This document shows, piece by piece, positions 51,901 to 64,000 of a stretch of 64,000 bases of DNA (the stretch's first letter is position 1; each line of letters starts with the position of its first letter). The notes beneath the pieces are model-generated. The model saw nothing but the letters and a program-made list of their open reading frames with translations, searched no databases and was not told the DNA's origin. The DNA is taken from assembly GCA_050084985.1 (NCBI GenBank), contig JBITNC010000001.1, forward strand, positions 102,796,001 through 102,860,000. The letters run 5' to 3'. The position numbers and the translations under genes were made by a program. The DNA comes from Nageia nagi (taxonomy: Eukaryota > Plantae > Pinophyta).

Positions 51901-53920
51901 GATGAGTCAAGTTAAATAAAGAACCTTTGATAGCAAGCACATCAACTTATTGATTGTATTTTATAGAGATGGCCTTAAATTTAATCGTTAAAAATGATTT
52001 CTTTAGGTCCCATACTCTATTTTTATATGACATCAAGTAATGATATATATGGAATTGCATTTATTAATCACCTATTTGATAATGAGTTTTGAATCTCCAA
52101 ATACTTTTATGCATGTAATTACCATCTTAATAGCTTAATTAAGTACAAGGAAAATGGCCTCATATTCAATAGCATTCTTTGTACAAACCCAAGGGAAATA
52201 GTATGAAAACCTCCTTACATAGCCTTTAGACAGTTTCAAAATAATACTCACTCTTTCTGCATATATTCACCTGGATCTATCAAAGTACAAGCTCAATATC
52301 TCATCATCTTTCTTAGCTATGACTGAAATAGGCTTTTCATTCTCAAACATATAATAATTTCCCATGACAACATCAAATATAATATAATTCAAATCACTAG
52401 TTAACAAAATTTTAATAGTGATCAATGCATACCTAATAGGATCCACTTCTATGATTTCAAGTTCTTCTACATTTACCAAATTCTTAGTTGTATTCTCTTA
52501 AGGTGAACTGATATTATTCTTTCATTTATAATCTTAACTCCTTTCTTCTTAAAAGGTATCTCTATATGGGTATAATCAAGAGCTAAGAATCATCATAGTT
52601 AGGAAGTGAATTCTCTAGATAAGCATATTGCAAACAAAGGGGTAAGATATATGAACATTATATCTTAAGAAATAGAATTTTTGGGAAATTTATTTAAGGC
52701 CATGGAGACATTCTTTAAAACTCCTAAAACATTCATCGAGATTGAATATAATTAAATAACTCCTAATACATACCTTGTATAGTACAATTTCATCTCTTTA
52801 GCTATAAATTTAAGCATGAAAATGGTAGTAACTTCAATATCAATTAGGCAATTGTGTACAATAAATCTTTCCATCCTAAGGGAGATATATAAAGGTGGAG
52901 GCCTTCCTACACCTCTTGGGGCTAGTGGAGGGAGATCTATATTAGTCATGATTGTATTATCACTAGTCAAAATGTATTTAAAATTGTTTACCCTTAGTGA
53001 TTCTTGCAATAAATCCAATTAATTGGGTATCTTTAAAGCATAAAATAGGGATACCCAAGTAGGATTTATTTTTAGTTATTCAACAATACTACAAGAAGGA
53101 GAAGGATATATCTTACTCAAGTCTATAAGATAATATTTTCTAAACTGCTAGGTAGCTTGATCCCTTTGTTGTTCTATTATGAATGGGTATATAAATTCAA
53201 CTCCTTTGTTCCTTGAATATTTTGGTGACTTGAAGGGAGGAGCAAGATGATAATTTTTACCATAGGAGCAATTGTATGTTCTGATATTTAACAGTCATGG
53301 ATCATCAAATATTTGTTGATATACTAAACAAGTATCTAGCATATGAGGATCATTGCATGTTACACACTAGTTAGGGGTACTTGCAAGTTCAACTTTGGTA
53401 TTTTTGGAGGTAATGGCCATTATTATCTTCTAAGAGGTATCAAATACAAAAGGATTTGATGAAAAATCCTGATCGACATGATCTTGAGCATTGGATTATC
53501 TTTTAGGATATTTTTATCCAATACTTTTTACATAACATTGTCTTTATCTCTTAGATAAGGTGAGCTTATTGGTCAAGTTCCTTATAGTTATATCTAGTTG
53601 TTTGATCCTCTTTGCATCTTGAGAATTTGTCTTAACATTAGTAGTAGGAGGTGTAGGTAGCTTTGGAACTTGGGATTGAAGAGGTAATTTTGGTGGAGAA
53701 GTTTGTAATGCAAGTTGAATAGGCCTAGGATTAGGATTATATGTGTTATTTGGAGGTAATATTGAATAAAATGGCATTATGATCCTAGGATGTTACTTAC
53801 ATTTGGCTATAAGATTTTCTTTAGTTTTTATGGCCTCCACATATTCTCTATGAAAATTGGCTTTAGAGGTAATAATTTACATATTAATATCTAGGTGAAT
53901 GTTCTTTCTAAAATACATGA
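48980..53920 (-). pseudogene. Degenerate gypsy (Tat) gag-pol in the order gag-PR-aRH-RT-RH-INT
   Basis: Protease VHNCLIDIEVTT (~52850). Additional RNase H LYFDRS..KNAIEYEAI..KVFGDSKLI (~52290-52080). RT WVANLVLVRNNNGEIRFCVDFHNLNQVSCKENHPL (~51390-51270). RH KGLKKFKHYI..WATKILEFDIEIKPTKLVHG (50202-50477). INT zinc finger ECDKC (~49890) and C-terminal KxDSCWSGTF (~49070). Many stops and frameshifts. Confidence 0.85.
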
Positions 53921-53922
53921 GG

Positions 53923-54112
53923 TATAATGTCCCCATTTCACCTCTAATAAATGGGAATATTAGCTTAGGTGTGATTTTATCTATTTTTATAATTTTTGGC
54001 CTATTATTGAAAGTTCCACTTAGAGACTTAGTAAAATGCTCTAATTATGGAATAATGGCCTTTTTTATTTATTCATTGTATTTAGCTGAATTAAAATGCC
54101 ATTAAAGATGTA
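53923..54112 (+). mobile_element. 5' 190 bp of an LTR of the element A family, interrupted by a related LTR
   Basis: tataatgtccccatttcacctc..aagttccacttagagacttag matches the starts of the LTRs at 11152 and 15553. Confidence 0.8.
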
Positions 54113-55900
54113 TGTAATGTCCCCATTTTTTAGGTGTTTTTCCCATTTCACCTATGATAAAATGGGAACATTAATTTAGGTGTGATTTTGTATAATTTGG
54201 TAGAAATTAGCCAAAATGATGTAAATTCCACTTAGAGAATTAGAAAAGTTCTAATTGTGGAATAAATAGCTCTTTATTTATTTATTTTTGTATTTAGTTA
54301 ATTACTAGATGCTAATAATGATGCATTTCTAATACCAAGGTAATTATATTTGTAAATGAAATATTATTCTTCTTAAAAGAGGCATTGCATATTTTAGCCT
54401 TGATGAATGTAATTTACAATTTAATGTATCTATAGTCATTATAGCTCCCCTCTTTAAGGTAGAGCATCCCCCTAGGTGATTACATTGACCACTAGGTCAT
54501 TTGGAGCTCTAAGCTTGGATGTGGTATTTCAAACTAGGATTTGGTTGTCTCAAGGCAAGTGGATGGCTCCTAGCATGGATGTTGGGTATGTGAGCATACC
54601 AATATCCCATGTTGGCCCTCCTTGAAAGTTAGACCTATAGAAATTATCACAAGGTGCTCTATAATCACCCCCTCTTGTAAATTGGTATTCCTAGTCCTTA
54701 GATGTAATTTCATTCATCCAAAGGCTCCTCATCTTGGACATTGCAAGAATGTGCACATGGATCATCTCTCTACTGTTAGATCATCTTAATGCAAAGTTAG
54801 AAGATGAACACCCCCACCTATAAAATAAGGACTCTTTTTCATTATGATATATGTTGATTATTATTATTAAACCCCTTTATCAAATTGAGTGGAAGCTCTA
54901 TCTTTTCCAATTGTAGGGAAACTTGCATTTGAGGTATCGAGGTGAGAGGATGATAACCTCAACTTATTTAATCCATTTTGAGAGGAACATTATTAGTTCC
55001 ATCACAATGATTGTAGAGCAAACCTAGTCTAATCCTCACTACTTCTAGGATTGGTGAGGCCTTGGATCCATCTAACATAACCCTATTAGAGGTAGTCTTG
55101 GTACTAGATCCTTAGGTAGATAAAAATGTTGTAATTGCACTACTCTTTCTATATCAAATAAAATTACATTTTTCCATCAATATCTTGTTTATATATATGT
55201 GCTTGAATTTTGGATTTGGGAGCATAATTATATTTGTGAGTTGCTATTTTATCTTCCTATTTGCAACATTAGATATGGAGTGACATTTTCATTACTTAAT
55301 TTTTGCATCATATCCTTAACTAAAATGTTAGGCTTGTGGAGTAGTTTGCATTATTAAAGTTATTATTTTGCTCCCTGATTGAGTTATTATAATACTAGAG
55401 GTATTTGCTTGCATTATTATCATATTTGCTCATCATAGATAGATGTTGGGTTTGAAGTTATTTTTTGCAAGTTCAATTTCATATTTGTCATTCTTGGCAA
55501 GTCCTTATATATCTTGTGTAATTTTGATCTTTTCTATATAGTTTTGAAGCTAGAAGCTAAACATCCCTCTCCTAGGGCACATTTGAGGAGTAAACCTTAG
55601 AATGACTCATCATTATGGTATTAGAGTCTTGATTCTACCATCCTTTTGGAATCAAGGGCATCATTCATGGAGGGTTTTGAGTTAGAGTTGAAGAGTTAAG
55701 ATCTTTCCCTTATTTTTGGGTAAGAATTGTTGATTTAGAGATATTCCCCATCCTATTGGAGAGTTTTTTGAAGGAGGATCATTGTGATATTTTGCTAAAT
55801 TACAATGCTCGTAATGATATTTGCTAAGATATCTTGTTGTTCTATTGAAGAGAGAAAGCCTACATCATAAAGGAGTTGACCTAACATCACAATGATCATT
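54113..55900 (+). mobile_element. Truncated chromovirus-type element: 5' LTR 54113-~55614, PBS and 5' leader
   Basis: Starts tgtaatgtcccc and is homologous to the A LTRs. tggtattagagtcttgattctaccatc at 55616 matches the PBS/leader of A at 12495. Confidence 0.85.
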
Positions 55901-58900
55901 TTAAATGAGTTCTTGATGGATTTGGATATTTGGAGTGAGATGTGGAAGATATAGGAGCCCTATCTTAGTCATATTTGTATGTACATAGATATTAGTAAGG
56001 AGTAATGATGATAGAATTAGATCCAATTTTGAGTTCAATATTATGTTGGAACCCACATTCGGAAGGTAGACCTCTTGGCATCTCACCAAACACCTTGTTG
56101 TGTGTATTTAGTACTCATTTTATGTCAAAGTGATTGATTATTTTTACCTTGGATTTAGATGAGGGTAGTCCCTTAGTGACTCAAATACTAACTCCCCATA
56201 GTATGTCACTTTTTATAATTATTTTTTCCATCCTTTTTTTTGATACCTCATGTAGTTCCTTGATTCCTTTCAAAATGATTGATCATCTTGCTATCTTAAA
56301 TTTCATCTAAAAAGTCTTATAGTTGGAGATGATGTCTCCTAGTATGTAAAACCATTGTACCACTAATACTATTTATGAAATTTTTTCAATTGGTAGAACA
56401 TATAAGTCTTCAGTGAGCTTATAATTTCCCAAATCAATTATTAAATTATTCATCATTCTTTCATATGTAGCCTCTTCCTCATTACCCATAGTAACATGAA
56501 AGCTTTCAATGCCCTTAATTTAGAACCCTTTCTCCTATACAAATAACTGGTCTATAAAGTTGTGGGTGGTTCCTACATCTACTAGTGCTATCATCTCATG
56601 TTCATGTGTAATATAGTTTGATCTCCCCCTCAACATGTACAAGGTTGCATTTGAAGGATGCCTTTTGTATATTACAAAATGAATGTAGTAATGGAGAGAC
56701 AAACCTCCCATGTAGTGAATATATTTATGAGGAGGCACCATTGCCTCTTTTCATAGGATGGGTAAGGATTACCCATTGTATTTACCCTTAAATGTTTTTA
56801 AAATAGAAAAAAAAAATTAATTTTGTACTTCTTAATATGGATCAAACTTACCTTAGTGATGGAATTTTGTTTCATATATAGTGCCCTCTATCTAAGTTCA
56901 TTGAATTATCTCATTGGATACTCAACATTTTGTATCAAGATGTTACAAATTGGTTTTGGTGCTCAAACTTTGTAACAAACTCCTTTAAGCCTTCCAAATG
57001 CTAGTGTTGGTGAATTAAACCTATATTTCATTCCTTATGACCTATAAACCTATTCATAATATTGAATTACCATAGGTTCATTTGAAAATGTCAAGATCTC
57101 TTACTGAATTTACCTCCTTCAAGATCAATCCTAGCTCAATGATTAGATATCAATTCCAAATTTTCTCTTTAATCCCTTAATTCCATAGGTTGGTATAATC
57201 AAGGCTCTAATACCATTGTGATGAAGCAAACTATAAATCACTTAGATCCTACATAAATCCTCCAATTACATAAATAAAATATTAATTAAAAATAGCCAAA
57301 TTATCCCTAAGATAGGGATGTCAAACTCTGAGCCTCATATATAGGGAAAAATTTTCCCTAAGATCTAATGTCATACCTCCAATGGTAATATCACATCAAT
57401 AAAGCATAAAAATACCCAACATATAGTTAGAATGTATTAATTACTCAATAGCAATCAACCATACAGATATAGAAGCAACAATATCAGTTAAACATAAATC
57501 CACAATGCCAACATCTAGAATAATGATGTCAAACACTCACAAAATATCCAAATTATTCCATAGATCCAATGTATAAGTATGAAAGCCAAATTTAGTAAAT
57601 AGCATGCAAAATAGTAAAGTAATGAGCCAAAAAAAATATAATTGCAAATGATATGAAATAGAGATCTCAATTACAAATATTTTATGATGAATATGATGCT
57701 CCAAGGCTTAGATCTATAGTGTGAGAAGGCTTGAACTAGGGCTTCCTCCTTTAATAGCTATAGTGGAAACTCAAAGATTGACTTGAAGTGTTTTACTAAT
57801 CCAAGGGTAATGCTAAAATCCCTTGAATATATAGTTGATAATTTAGGTTACCCTAGCCCCTAAATGTGTGCCCATATAAGTCCTATTATGCACCCCACAA
57901 CAAGTACCTCACTTTGAATAATAGAATCAAGAAAGAGAAATGCCTAAGCTAAGAATAAGAAAGCATAATAATAATCAAATGATATTATTTTCTATGAATC
58001 CTCCTTTTATGTTGAGATGTATATTTATCTCTAATCTTGCATTGGGATTAATGTAATCTCATCTAATGGTTTCTAGGGGTGATCTGTGTACTCTCATATC
58101 CCACATCCAATATGAGGTTCCTTAATATGGGTGTAATTACATACAAGGGCCTAAAATACAAAAATTTGATTATGGGAGTCCTCCATGTGTCTAGGTATCA
58201 TTTCCATCAAGCTAAGAGCCTTAAAGGGATATGTGGGTGTGTTGGGATGCCCAATTTCATATCTTAATGGTCCTATCCTCTTATTCAAGATCAACGCATA
58301 AGTGTGGGATCTTCTAGTACCTTTTAGTGGGTTAAATCACCTTGGTATCACAATATACCTTAAAAGGGGACCAATATTATAAAAGAGACCCATTAAATGC
58401 CAATATTAAAATCATAAAGGCTTCCCATATGCAACACCCCAAATTAGGTGATTAATATTGTATTTACAATTAATAATTATCTTGGTATTTTAAATACATA
58501 ATTATCAAAATATTAAATTATAAAATCACTCCTAATGCACTAAAATAGTCCTAACATTCCATAATTGGAGTATTTAATTATCCTCCATGTGGAACTTGTA
58601 AATAAAGGGAAAAATAACCACTAAAATACCAAAATTGAATAAAATACTCTTAAACTAATTGTTCCCATTTTCTAGTGGCAAAATGGGGAAAATGCCATAA
58701 AAATGGGAATATTACAATTTCACCCTTCCCATATTTCTTGTCCGCAAGCAATTTGGATTATCTTCAACTTCCTTTAGAAGAGTTTTTGCATTTATCCATG
58801 TAGCATATTCAGTTGGTAATCCCTTCCATTTGATCATGTGTTTAGTTATATCTTGGTTCCTCAATATTTTGATACAAGTATCCAATATGGCCTTGGGTTC

Positions 58901-60350
58901 CAATATTAACTTACCTTCATCATACATAGGCGGTAGTTCAAAGTAATATATTACATGTTCTCCTAATTCTTTTTTGAGACAAGATATGTGGAAGATATTT
59001 TGGATCCTACTTTGTGAAGGTAGTTCTAACTCATAAGAGACTATCCCAATATGTCGTAACACTTTGTATGGTCCATAGAATTTGGGTTTAAGTTTATCCA
59101 CCCTACTTCTTTTAAGAGTATAATACCTATAGGGTTGGATGCATAGATATACCATATCATCTTCTTCAAAAATTCTTTCAGTTTGATGTTGGTCTACATA
59201 CATCTTTTGTTGATTTTGTGTTGTTGGATATTATCTTTTAGAGCTCATAATATGTCTTGATATTCTTGAATAAATTCATGGGATTTTGGAACCTTGGTAT
59301 TACTAATAGACAAATACATAAAATGGGGTGCCTCATACTTGTATATTGCATTTAATGGAAATATTTCAATGGGTATATGATAAGTGGTATTATAGCAAAA
59401 TTCTCCTATGTGTAGACATTTAACCCATGCATTCTATTGGTTTGAGAAGTAATTCCTTAGGTACCCTTCCAAATATATATTGGTAATTTTTGTTGATCCA
59501 TCGATTCGAGGGTGATACATGGTATTGGGTATTATTTATGTGTTGGCTAACCTAAATACCTCATGCTAAAATGAACTCATAAATTTACTATCATGATCAC
59601 TCATAATACTTTTGGGTAACCTATGGAGCTTGAAGAGTTGCTTAAAAAATACATCAATGACTTTAGTGATAATGAAAGTGGATGGTAGAGCCACAAATTA
59701 TCCATATTTGGTTAGCCTATATATTACTACATATATGCAATTCTTCCCTTGAACACTAGGTAAGTTGATAATAAAATTCATTGAGATGCTTTTCCATTTC
59801 TAGCTAGGAATAAGAAAGGGTTGGAGTAGACCTACCAAATTGATATATTCACTTTTATTTTCCTTCTAAGTGGGGAAATATTTTATGTATCTACAAATAT
59901 CCTCTTTTAATCCTTTACATATAAATATTTCCCTTATGGATTTATAATTTTTATAGAACCCACAATGTCCCATGAGGGGTGCTTTATGCATGTATGACAA
60001 TACCTTCTCCTTGAGTTTTGATTTTAGAGTCAAATAATTCTTCCTTTTATAGGATTAATTCCCCATATAATACAAATGCTTAATTATATTCTTCTCCATC
60101 CATAATAGTTTTAGAAAAGTTATCATTGGCATATTAATATATGATATCCTTCCTTAAATTATTTTTGATGAAAAACAAAGATTGGAATGCATGTAATCAT
60201 AAAAGAGCATTGATTACTATGTTATTCTTTCCTTTTGCATACTCAATGTTGAATTCATATGCTTATAACTTGGTGACCCATCTTTTTTTTTGTTGCATAG
60301 GTATCATTCTCCCATAAAGTGCTTCAAACTATTGTGATCAATCAATTTTG
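55901..60350 (-). mobile_element. Chromovirus-type gypsy fragments around one LTR (57217-58716): upstream RH-INT-chromodomain-PPT, downstream PBS-protease-start of RT region
   Basis: The minus-strand LTR runs tgtaatattccc...catcaca. PPT gggaagggtgaaat abuts 58716 and PBS tggtattagagcc lies at 57215-57203. Protease ALVDVGTTHNFID (~56590); VFGEMPRGLPSECGFQHNIEL (~56095-56030); RH DHNSLKH..WVTKL*AYEFNIEYAKGKNN (~60340-60225). Confidence 0.88.
58712..59203 (-). pseudogene. Integrase C-terminus with GPY/F module and chromodomain
   Basis: KLKPKFYGPYKVL..YELELP..IFHISCLKK, then EPKAILD..MIKWKGLPTEYATW. The frame reads through the PPT to a stop at the LTR edge. Confidence 0.9.
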
Positions 60351-60429
60351 ATAAAGCATGCATAATTTCTTTCTAACAGATATTATACTATCTCTATTCA
60401 TAGGTTCATTAATTGTCTCTTCTCAATCT

Positions 60430-61541
60430 CAACTACTTAACCAAGATTATTGAAGGATTTAGGTAAGGAGAAAGGAGATGCTATATTATGGAGTGATAGC
60501 TAAAGTGTTATTCACCTTGCTAAACACTTGACTTTTTATTCAAGAACTAAATATATACAATTAAGATATCACTTCATAAATTATGTATTTGAGGATGGAT
60601 ATTTAAAATTGCATAAAATAAGAACATCCCAAAATCCTATTGATATACTTACAAAAGTTGTAACAAGGGAGAAATTGAGCTATTGCTCAATTTTGGTTGG
60701 CCTTAAGGAATAAGAGGTCATAATAAGAAGTTTTTAGTGCATTATTATAGTTTATTACTATGGTATTAATCTCCAAGTGGGATATTGTTAGGAATCAAGC
60801 CTAATTTGTTAGTTAAGTAGAATATTTTTGCTCTTTATTTTTCAATCAACATGCAAAGGTCTAATCTATAGGGCCAATCGAATGGGTGGAGGCTGATCAA
60901 CATAGTCTCTCAACCAATCATATTCTAGACCTAATCATTGATTCAATTCTATAGCAATTATAATTGATTATTTTCTATTATAGAGACAACTATAATTGAG
61001 GGATTTGATCAATAAATTAGGATTAGTTTGATGCAGGTTTATCACGGTCCAAAGATGCAAAAGATCTATTTTGAGCATGAAACTCACTCTTATTTTCTTC
61101 TATCTTTAGAATTGATGTTATCCTTTTGAAAACATATTTATTGCATGGATTTTGACTTGAATTAGGTTTAGAAAAAATATTATAATGGTTTATTATAAAT
61201 CCATGGATTGCATTGTAATTTAGTATGATCTTGAAGAGGTTTGAGAGAGATTGAGTTTTATATTGAGAGGATTCCTTTTAAGCCAAAAAGAATGTTATAA
61301 CGTAGAGCTATTAGTCATATTTTTTAGTTTGTTATAGCTTATTGCAATAAATAATTGAAAATATATTTGTGGATGTATCCTACACTAGGTGAACCAAGTT
61401 AAAACTTGAATTATTTCTTGTGTGAATGATATTACTTGTTTATTTACTAAATTCTTTTCAAACTAGTAGAGGTTCAATTTCTCTACTTTATTTTTATATA
61501 GTGTATCCTATTAGCGTATGGATAGATTATTATGAATAACA
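60430..61541 (+). mobile_element. 3' end of a Tork-like copia related to element C: RNase H tail, PPT, 3' LTR (60786-~61541)
   Basis: SDS*SVIHLAKH..FYSRTKYIQLRYHFI..TSQNPIDILTKVVTREKL..VGLKE*. PPT ctccaagtgggatat at 60771-60785, then tgttagg. gtggatgtatcctacactaggtgaacc matches the LTR of C. The LTR right end is approximate. Confidence 0.85.
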
Positions 61542-62400
61542 AGAATTAATTAATGTGTTATGGTGCAAACTATATTAGGATGAATTTAAATAAATCTTAT
61601 TAAGGGTGAGGCTATGGCCAAAGGTTTATGACAAGTTTATAGTTGTTTGTAGGATAAGCTTACAATAGAAGATAATTATTTGTTAATTATTAAGGCATAA
61701 AAAGGAATAAGATTAAAATTTAGATATTAGGATAAAATATTATATAAATATAGGCTCTTATACAATATATACATCTTAAGAAGTTTTTTCATATCAAGAC
61801 ATCCAAAATCATTGAATTAAACTTTAGACTTCAAGATAATTAGTGATCATTATTTTTAGGTGAAAGAGATTGAACACAAAATAATATTTAATCCCTTCAA
61901 AGATTTATTAAATAAATATATTTCTCATGGAATTTCATTTAATGATGGTATTTAGGATGCATCTTATTTTTTTCTATGTATGTTGATCATATATATAGCT
62001 AGATTTATAGCATTTAGTATAATCATGTTATAGCTTATTCTGATTAGCCTTGATGTTGTACTAAATATTCAAATATAAGTTATGAATTTATAAATGGAAA
62101 TAATACTTTTTAAAAAATAATAATGAATGGATTGAGAGTATCCTTTTGGTAGTTACAAGTGAAAAGATGCTTAAGAGCCCTATTTTGATGCTTGACCTAA
62201 ATTTGATTATATTGAATTATATTTTATCTGGTTATGGTGTAATATGTTTATGGATGATCAAAATATGTTAATAATGGAGAGAGAATTTTATTTTAGAATA
62301 ATAATTAATCATGGATAATTATTTTTGGTAATGATAAAAATTTAAGATTTTTTATACAAGGACTTAATTTATATGGATGCAAAATATATGTCTTTTCCCC

Positions 62401-62505
62401 ATCCCCTATGATACACAAATAAAACAAGTTCTTGCTAATGGTAAGAAAGGGAATTTCAATGTAGGATCTATTATTATTTTACCTGAAGGCTTTGAATTAG
62501 CCCCT
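62401..62505 (+). pseudogene. petA: Nuclear plastid DNA fragment (NUPT) of cytochrome f
   Basis: Translates to [35 protein letters not shown], matching the conserved cytochrome f segment [35 protein letters not shown]. No flanking petA sequence. Confidence 0.93.
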
Positions 62506-62599
62506 TGACCTTTGCAAAGCGGATATAGAATGAATTCAAAATTTGTGTTTGTATATTCAATATATGCATTCTTACATCTCTCGTAGACATTAGTGCATG

Positions 62600-63458
62600 T
62601 AGTTATTCAATATATCTAAGACATATTACATTCAAATTCCTTTTATATACTATTTCCCAAGAGGGATTGCCTAAATGAGCTTGACATAACTATCTTCGCT
62701 CTAGTTCCCTTTGCACTAGATGCCTCTTTATTCTCTTGGCTTTAGTTTATCTTCTAGATTACCTCCATTGTCATTGGTAGTTCCTTTTATGGGTCAAAGT
62801 ATTCATAATCATTTTCCTATCCCCATTTTGCATACATTTCCATCCATAACTCATTTATATCTTCTCTTTATGTCTAAATATTTAGATTCACAATTAGGTT
62901 CACCTTTGGGATCTCTAGGTTTCCTTCATGTTTAGTTATTGATGCTAAACTAGTTTTTGATCCTTCAAATTTAGGTTCACCTCTAATATCTCTAGGTTTC
63001 CTTCATGTTTAGATAAGGGGGCTACCTTTCTAAAGATCCTTTAAAACCTCTACTACTAATGCCTAATTTATGCTTTAATCCTTCTTCTCACCTTGCACTT
63101 TATTCTTCATTTATTCTCTTGAGGGTGCTTTGACTTTTATTAATTTTGAATTCATTTTATTAGGTGTTACTAGATTTATCCTCATATTTCATTTTCTAAT
63201 TCTATTTTTTAAGGGATTAGGTTGTATCATTTCTTACCTAAGAATACTCACAATATTGAATACCTTAAGTTTTAATCCTTCAACATGATCTTCTTCTATG
63301 TATTCTTCTAAAATAATTTTGAAATCTTCCATATAACTATTTGATTAAATTAAGATTAGCTTCCTCCTACTCTTATTAGAACTTCTTATTGTAGCCACAA
63401 CCTTTGTAGCTTCTTTTTCTTATGGATTCTCTTCTAATTCGAATGAGTTCTATGCTTC
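62600..63458 (-). mobile_element. Probable remnant of a gypsy extra-ORF region
   Basis: E/K-rich decayed minus-strand coding-like composition similar to 10200-11150. Internal ~40-bp duplication (ttaggttcacc..tctctaggtttccttcatgtttag at ~62894 and ~62971). Confidence 0.35.
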
Positions 63459-64000
63459 TGTGATGATTTGAAACTCATGGATCATGCAAAAACTTGCCCT
63501 AGGAAAGGGATGTTTATCTTTTAGCTTTGAAATTGATTGAACAAGCTCAATAATGCACAAATATTCCAAAAACTAAATAATTGAGCAATTAAACACTTTG
63601 AAATGCAAAAAATATCTCCAAATACCCAACATTGTAATTAGGAGGTAAAAATAGATTTTATGCTACAAATATATCAATCTAGATCCAACATCACACTTAG
63701 GAAGAAAAATATGAATTTCACCCATGCAAAACTACTCTATAAATCCAACATCCAAGAATAGAGATACAATAGCAAATTGTCATAGCAATGATGTAATTGT
63801 ATTAATGTAGCAATGTGAAAGTACAAATACCCTAAGGATCTTGTACCAAATCTACCTCCAATAGGGTAATGTTGGATGGTTCTAGATCCTCACCTTCATA
63901 GTAGGAGTGAGGCATAGTCTATGAATTTCTCTATAGCTTATTTGATGGAATCAATAGTGTTCCTCTCAATATGGATTGAATAAGTTAAGGTTAACCTCCT
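63459..64000 (-). mobile_element. 3' part of another A-family LTR, running off the window edge
   Basis: Begins tgtgatg (reverse of catcaca). Contains reverse complements of the family motifs catcccttTcctagggca, tcttcctaagtg and accctattggagg. No PBS is adjacent. Confidence 0.8.

Larger units (their letters stand above)
9900..53922 (-). mobile_element. Ancient Tat-type Ty3/gypsy backbone element (G), fragmented by nested insertions; own sequence at ~9900-11151, 16894-18057, 20318-21097, 26391-26518 and 48178-53922
   Basis: Decayed gag-pol at 48980-53920. The minus-strand reading frame continues across the junctions once the insertions and one TSD copy are removed (VVNQPLMEVHQKGQF; VKHRTLMKYPLVVF; FIVAIEKILHISP). 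Its own LTRs were not identified and the left boundary is approximate. Confidence 0.7.

Noticed and set aside
61560-62400. Possible LTR plus copia gag start
   Set aside because: Too decayed and AT-rich to support termini, a PBS or a convincing translation.

Overview
AT-rich plant nuclear DNA, most likely from a large-genome gymnosperm (inferred from retroelement architecture and extreme element age). It holds one intact host gene at the left edge: a 4-exon REM-family transcription factor with two B3 domains (CDS 75-2621, about 548 aa). Almost all of the remaining ~60 kb is a nest of retroelements whose ends can be resolved by LTR pairs, PBS/PPT motifs and target-site duplications (TSDs). The oldest backbone is a minus-strand Tat-type Ty3/gypsy element (pol ~48980-53920). 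Its additional RNase H lies between protease and RT, and it has a long 3' extra ORF that was split by four later insertions: a gag-protease-only chromovirus-type element (11152-16888), a repeat-rich SIRE-like solo LTR (18058-20312), a near-complete Tork/Tnt1-like copia (21098-26385) and a decayed copia (26519-48172). The decayed copia contains an Ogre/Retand-type Tat element (31996-46010), which in turn contains an L1 LINE. The right end has rearranged chromovirus pieces, including one LTR that has both a PPT and a PBS, plus a copia 3' end and a 105-bp plastid petA fragment. I find no prokaryotic-type system, CRISPR array or RNA gene, and no clearly new biological system. The most interesting signals are structural: the split extra ORF, two Tat architectures nested in one another, a hairpin tandem array, a TRIM-like element ending in a second PBS, and a possible alternative microexon 3' end of the REM gene. 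All identity figures are by-eye counts.
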